The notes under the pieces were generated by a model that saw only the letters and a program-made list of their open reading frames with translations, made no database searches and had not been told where the DNA came from. Positions 61,190 through 64,000 of a stretch of DNA of 64,000 nt are shown here, one piece after another (positions within the stretch are counted from its first letter, which is position 1; each line of letters starts with the position of its first letter). This DNA is from Camelus dromedarius (taxonomy: Eukaryota): the NCBI RefSeq assembly GCF_036321535.1, contig NC_087437.1:49106001-49170000 (forward strand), written 5' to 3'. A program made the position numbers and the translations under genes.

Positions 61190-61720
61190 CTCCACCATCT
61201 GAGCTAAGTCATATCACCCTTCTGCTTAGGAGTCTTGAATGTTTGCAACCCAAACTTTGCAATCAGAGTCAAAAATCTGGTCCCATCATACCTTTCTAAC
61301 CGAATCTCCAACTCTTTCATGTTAGAAAAAGCCTTTACCACGTTCATTCTTTGTTTTTAGTCTTTGCTTCCAGGGAGCTTCCAAGACCATTCCAGCCAAA
61401 TGGTCATCTTGCTCTGCTTCCATACTGATCTTCAAAAATCCTGCACATCCTTGCACTCCCTCATGCTTAGTCTGACTCTCATGCCACGTGAGTTCTCTCT
61501 CTGAGGTCCTTCAGTCCTGTGTCTCCTGATTCTTTTGACTCTTAATACTGTATTCTTACGGTTTTTCTGAAATGTTTCATAAGTGTATGCCTTGATTTCT
61601 CCGAAGTGCTGGTAAGCCTCATGAGATTGAAGAGAATGATGCTTAATTCTTTATATCTCTTACCAAGCCTGGCACAGTACATTAAACATAGCAAGCACCA
61701 AACATATATTTATTGAAAAT
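61190..61720 (+). mobile_element. L2 fragment
   Basis: CATATCACCCTTCTGCTTA, GTAAGCCTCATGAG, GCCTGGCACAGTAC...ATATTTATTGAA. Confidence 0.65.
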
Positions 61721-61769
61721 GGCTAGATGCTGTTCAGTGTTGATAATGATCAGAAAAGTTGAAAAAGGA

Positions 61770-62075
61770 GAGCTTAGGAGTCAGATAAACTGGGGTTCCA
61801 CCTCCATCACTATTTAGCTTTGTGATATTACATTAGTGAATCTCTTTGGGCCTTTAACAGCAGTTTTCTGCAGTGATTGTAAGATCTTACTGTTGCCTTC
61901 TTGGCTCTGGCATTTACTGTTTGACCTTGGGCACATTATTCTACTTCTCTAAGCCTCGGTTTCTTCATTTGTTAAATAGAGGCCACAATACCAACTCATA
62001 GGGTTTTGAGGAGCACTCAATGAAATAAAGCTTGGGAAAGCCCTTCAGATAGTTCAGAGCATGTGATCAAGGCTT
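61770..62075 (+). mobile_element. Two MIR fragments
   Basis: GGAGTCAGATAAACTGGGGTTC; TGACCTTGGGCACATTATT..CTTCTCTAAGCCTCGGTTTCTTCATTTGTTAAA. Confidence 0.8.
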
Positions 62076-64000
62076 GCTCAAAAGATAACAATTATTTTGG
62101 TATTTGAGAGGACATCAGTGGCAAAGAAATGATATTTCTGAACCAACTTAATAGACTTTCTATAAATGCTAAATAAGTGCTTAGCATGATTTTGGCTCAA
62201 TAGGCACTGGGATCATTATTTACTTTCATGTACAGTGGATTAGTAATACCTACTTTGAATAGTTTTTTATTAATTTCAATGGGAAATTAGTGTGATAATG
62301 TGATTAATAGATCATAATTTTCTCCTCTTTATCCTTCTTTATTTCTCTTCCCTTCACCCCTATACCCCACCACTAATTTTTGACCAACTTATGTTGGTGT
62401 ATTGAGCACCTGGAGGACTGTTCAGGTACTCTAGTCATGTCTGAATATAGAAACACATGTGGAGAAATGCTGGTCCTCACTAAGTTTCTCTTCATGTTGT
62501 TTGATCCCCAGTAGCATTTACTTTGTATGTGTTATGGCTGAAGATAATATTCAGATTGTAGCAGCATGAGACCAAATGGAACCACAATTCAGTAGTTTGC
62601 ATATGTGAAAAATGAGACCCAGAGAGGTTCTTTTACTTACCTAAAGTCACATAGCATGGTATCTGTGTATTCCTATGCATTGTGCAGATCTACATTTCCT
62701 CTCCTCCCCTGGGCTTTGTGATGACCTGTTATCACTCTCAGGACCCACATAAGACCCGCATAGCATTCTGCAGAGAGCTGCAAAAAACCTGCCTCCTCTT
62801 CTGCTGGATCTCCCAGAAAACACATTTAAATAGAAGTACTTTGCTCTTATTTTTTCACCAAAGCTCATGTTATTCATTAAATGGCTATTTAATATAAAGA
62901 AACAAATTAAATAGGGGAGGGGAAGAAAAGCATTTCTTTAATTTTCTCCCAGTTGCTTTTTGTGCAGGTGGATTGCTGCAGGAGTCCCCTCTTCTGAAGC
63001 CCATCTGGGATGTTAGTTTAGCTCTATTGATGTTTAAGACTCTGTCTTTCATCATAACCACATGCCAAGACAATAAGTAATTGAACCACATGTTTTGCCT
63101 TTTTAAAAAGGTGTAATCTCCTTCTGAAGTGTAGAGATGTTTAGCAGGATTTTTCTAATTTATCTGTCATCACACCATGCGGGCTAGGCTCCAAGTCCCG
63201 ACTGCAGTGTCTCTTTATCACCGTCTTTTGATGAACACCTGTTTCCAGCATACAAATATATCTGCTGAGATGCAAAATTAAAATAATTTTAACAGGATAG
63301 GAATAATTAGGAACCTTTTTTTTGAAAGGTCCACCTGTTCCAAATATCAAAATATCACATTCAGTTGCATGTACATCCTTTTATCACTATATATTCTTTA
63401 TGCTAGATATGAATTTATTTGATAATAATTCTCCACTGATATTCCATTAACTAAAAAAATAAATATTTTCATTTTTAGATATTCAGTTATAAACACAATC
63501 ACAGTTCTCTATGTTCGTTGAGAGAGAGAAATTCTCTAGAAAGTTATCTCCAAAACTTTTTAAGAGAAGAAACTGTAAATGTTCTATTATTTATGACTGA
63601 TTGTGCCTTTTGTTAAGGATTTGACTTCTTCATAAATACAGCAAAGAAGATGTGAATCTTAAGTTAATTTTAATAGATATTATAAGGGAAAGATATAAGG
63701 GCTCTTATAAGTAAAGATTTTTTGTTGGTTTGGTATATTAATACACTTAAATCAATAGATTTAATATGAAGAATTTAAAATAATTTATGTCACTATATTT
63801 AAGGCTTTGCCCATTATGCTTCCTGTTGGCTTTCCCATAAACTATGAGTTGAGTGATTTGTGCCTTCAAAGTGAAATTGTGTAGCATCTGTAATCTTCTG
63901 CTTCAGGGGGCCCCCACCAAGAATGACCCTGCCTGCCCTAATATTTAAGAGAAAAGATCCCCACTTCCAAGAATTCATATTAAGAAAAATAAAAGTCCAC

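Overview
This is AT-rich, CpG-depleted mammalian non-coding DNA, either intronic or intergenic. It is most likely from a camelid: three tRNA-Ala-derived Vic-1-type SINEs are present and I saw no BovB, Bov-tA, PRE1 or Alu elements. I can support no host protein-coding exon, genuine RNA gene, CRISPR array or prokaryotic system. The only ORFs with recognisable protein homology are LINE-1 ORF1/ORF2 remnants. Much of the window is transposon-derived: an old minus-strand L1 keeping its 5' end (1-5550), a young 2.3-kb 5'-truncated L1 with a 13-bp TSD (8940-11281), several short L1 3' tags with TSDs, three SINEs with TSDs, two MLT1 solo LTRs, hAT MITEs (MER5 cluster, MER33, MER91-like) and many L2/MIR relics, several nested. 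Between them are repeat-free blocks that look like conserved enhancers, plus one consensus CTCF motif, a few palindromes and some candidate non-coding exons. I did not find a convincing novel biological system. Repeat family names come from recalled consensus sequences, not from a search, and boundaries of old elements are approximate.
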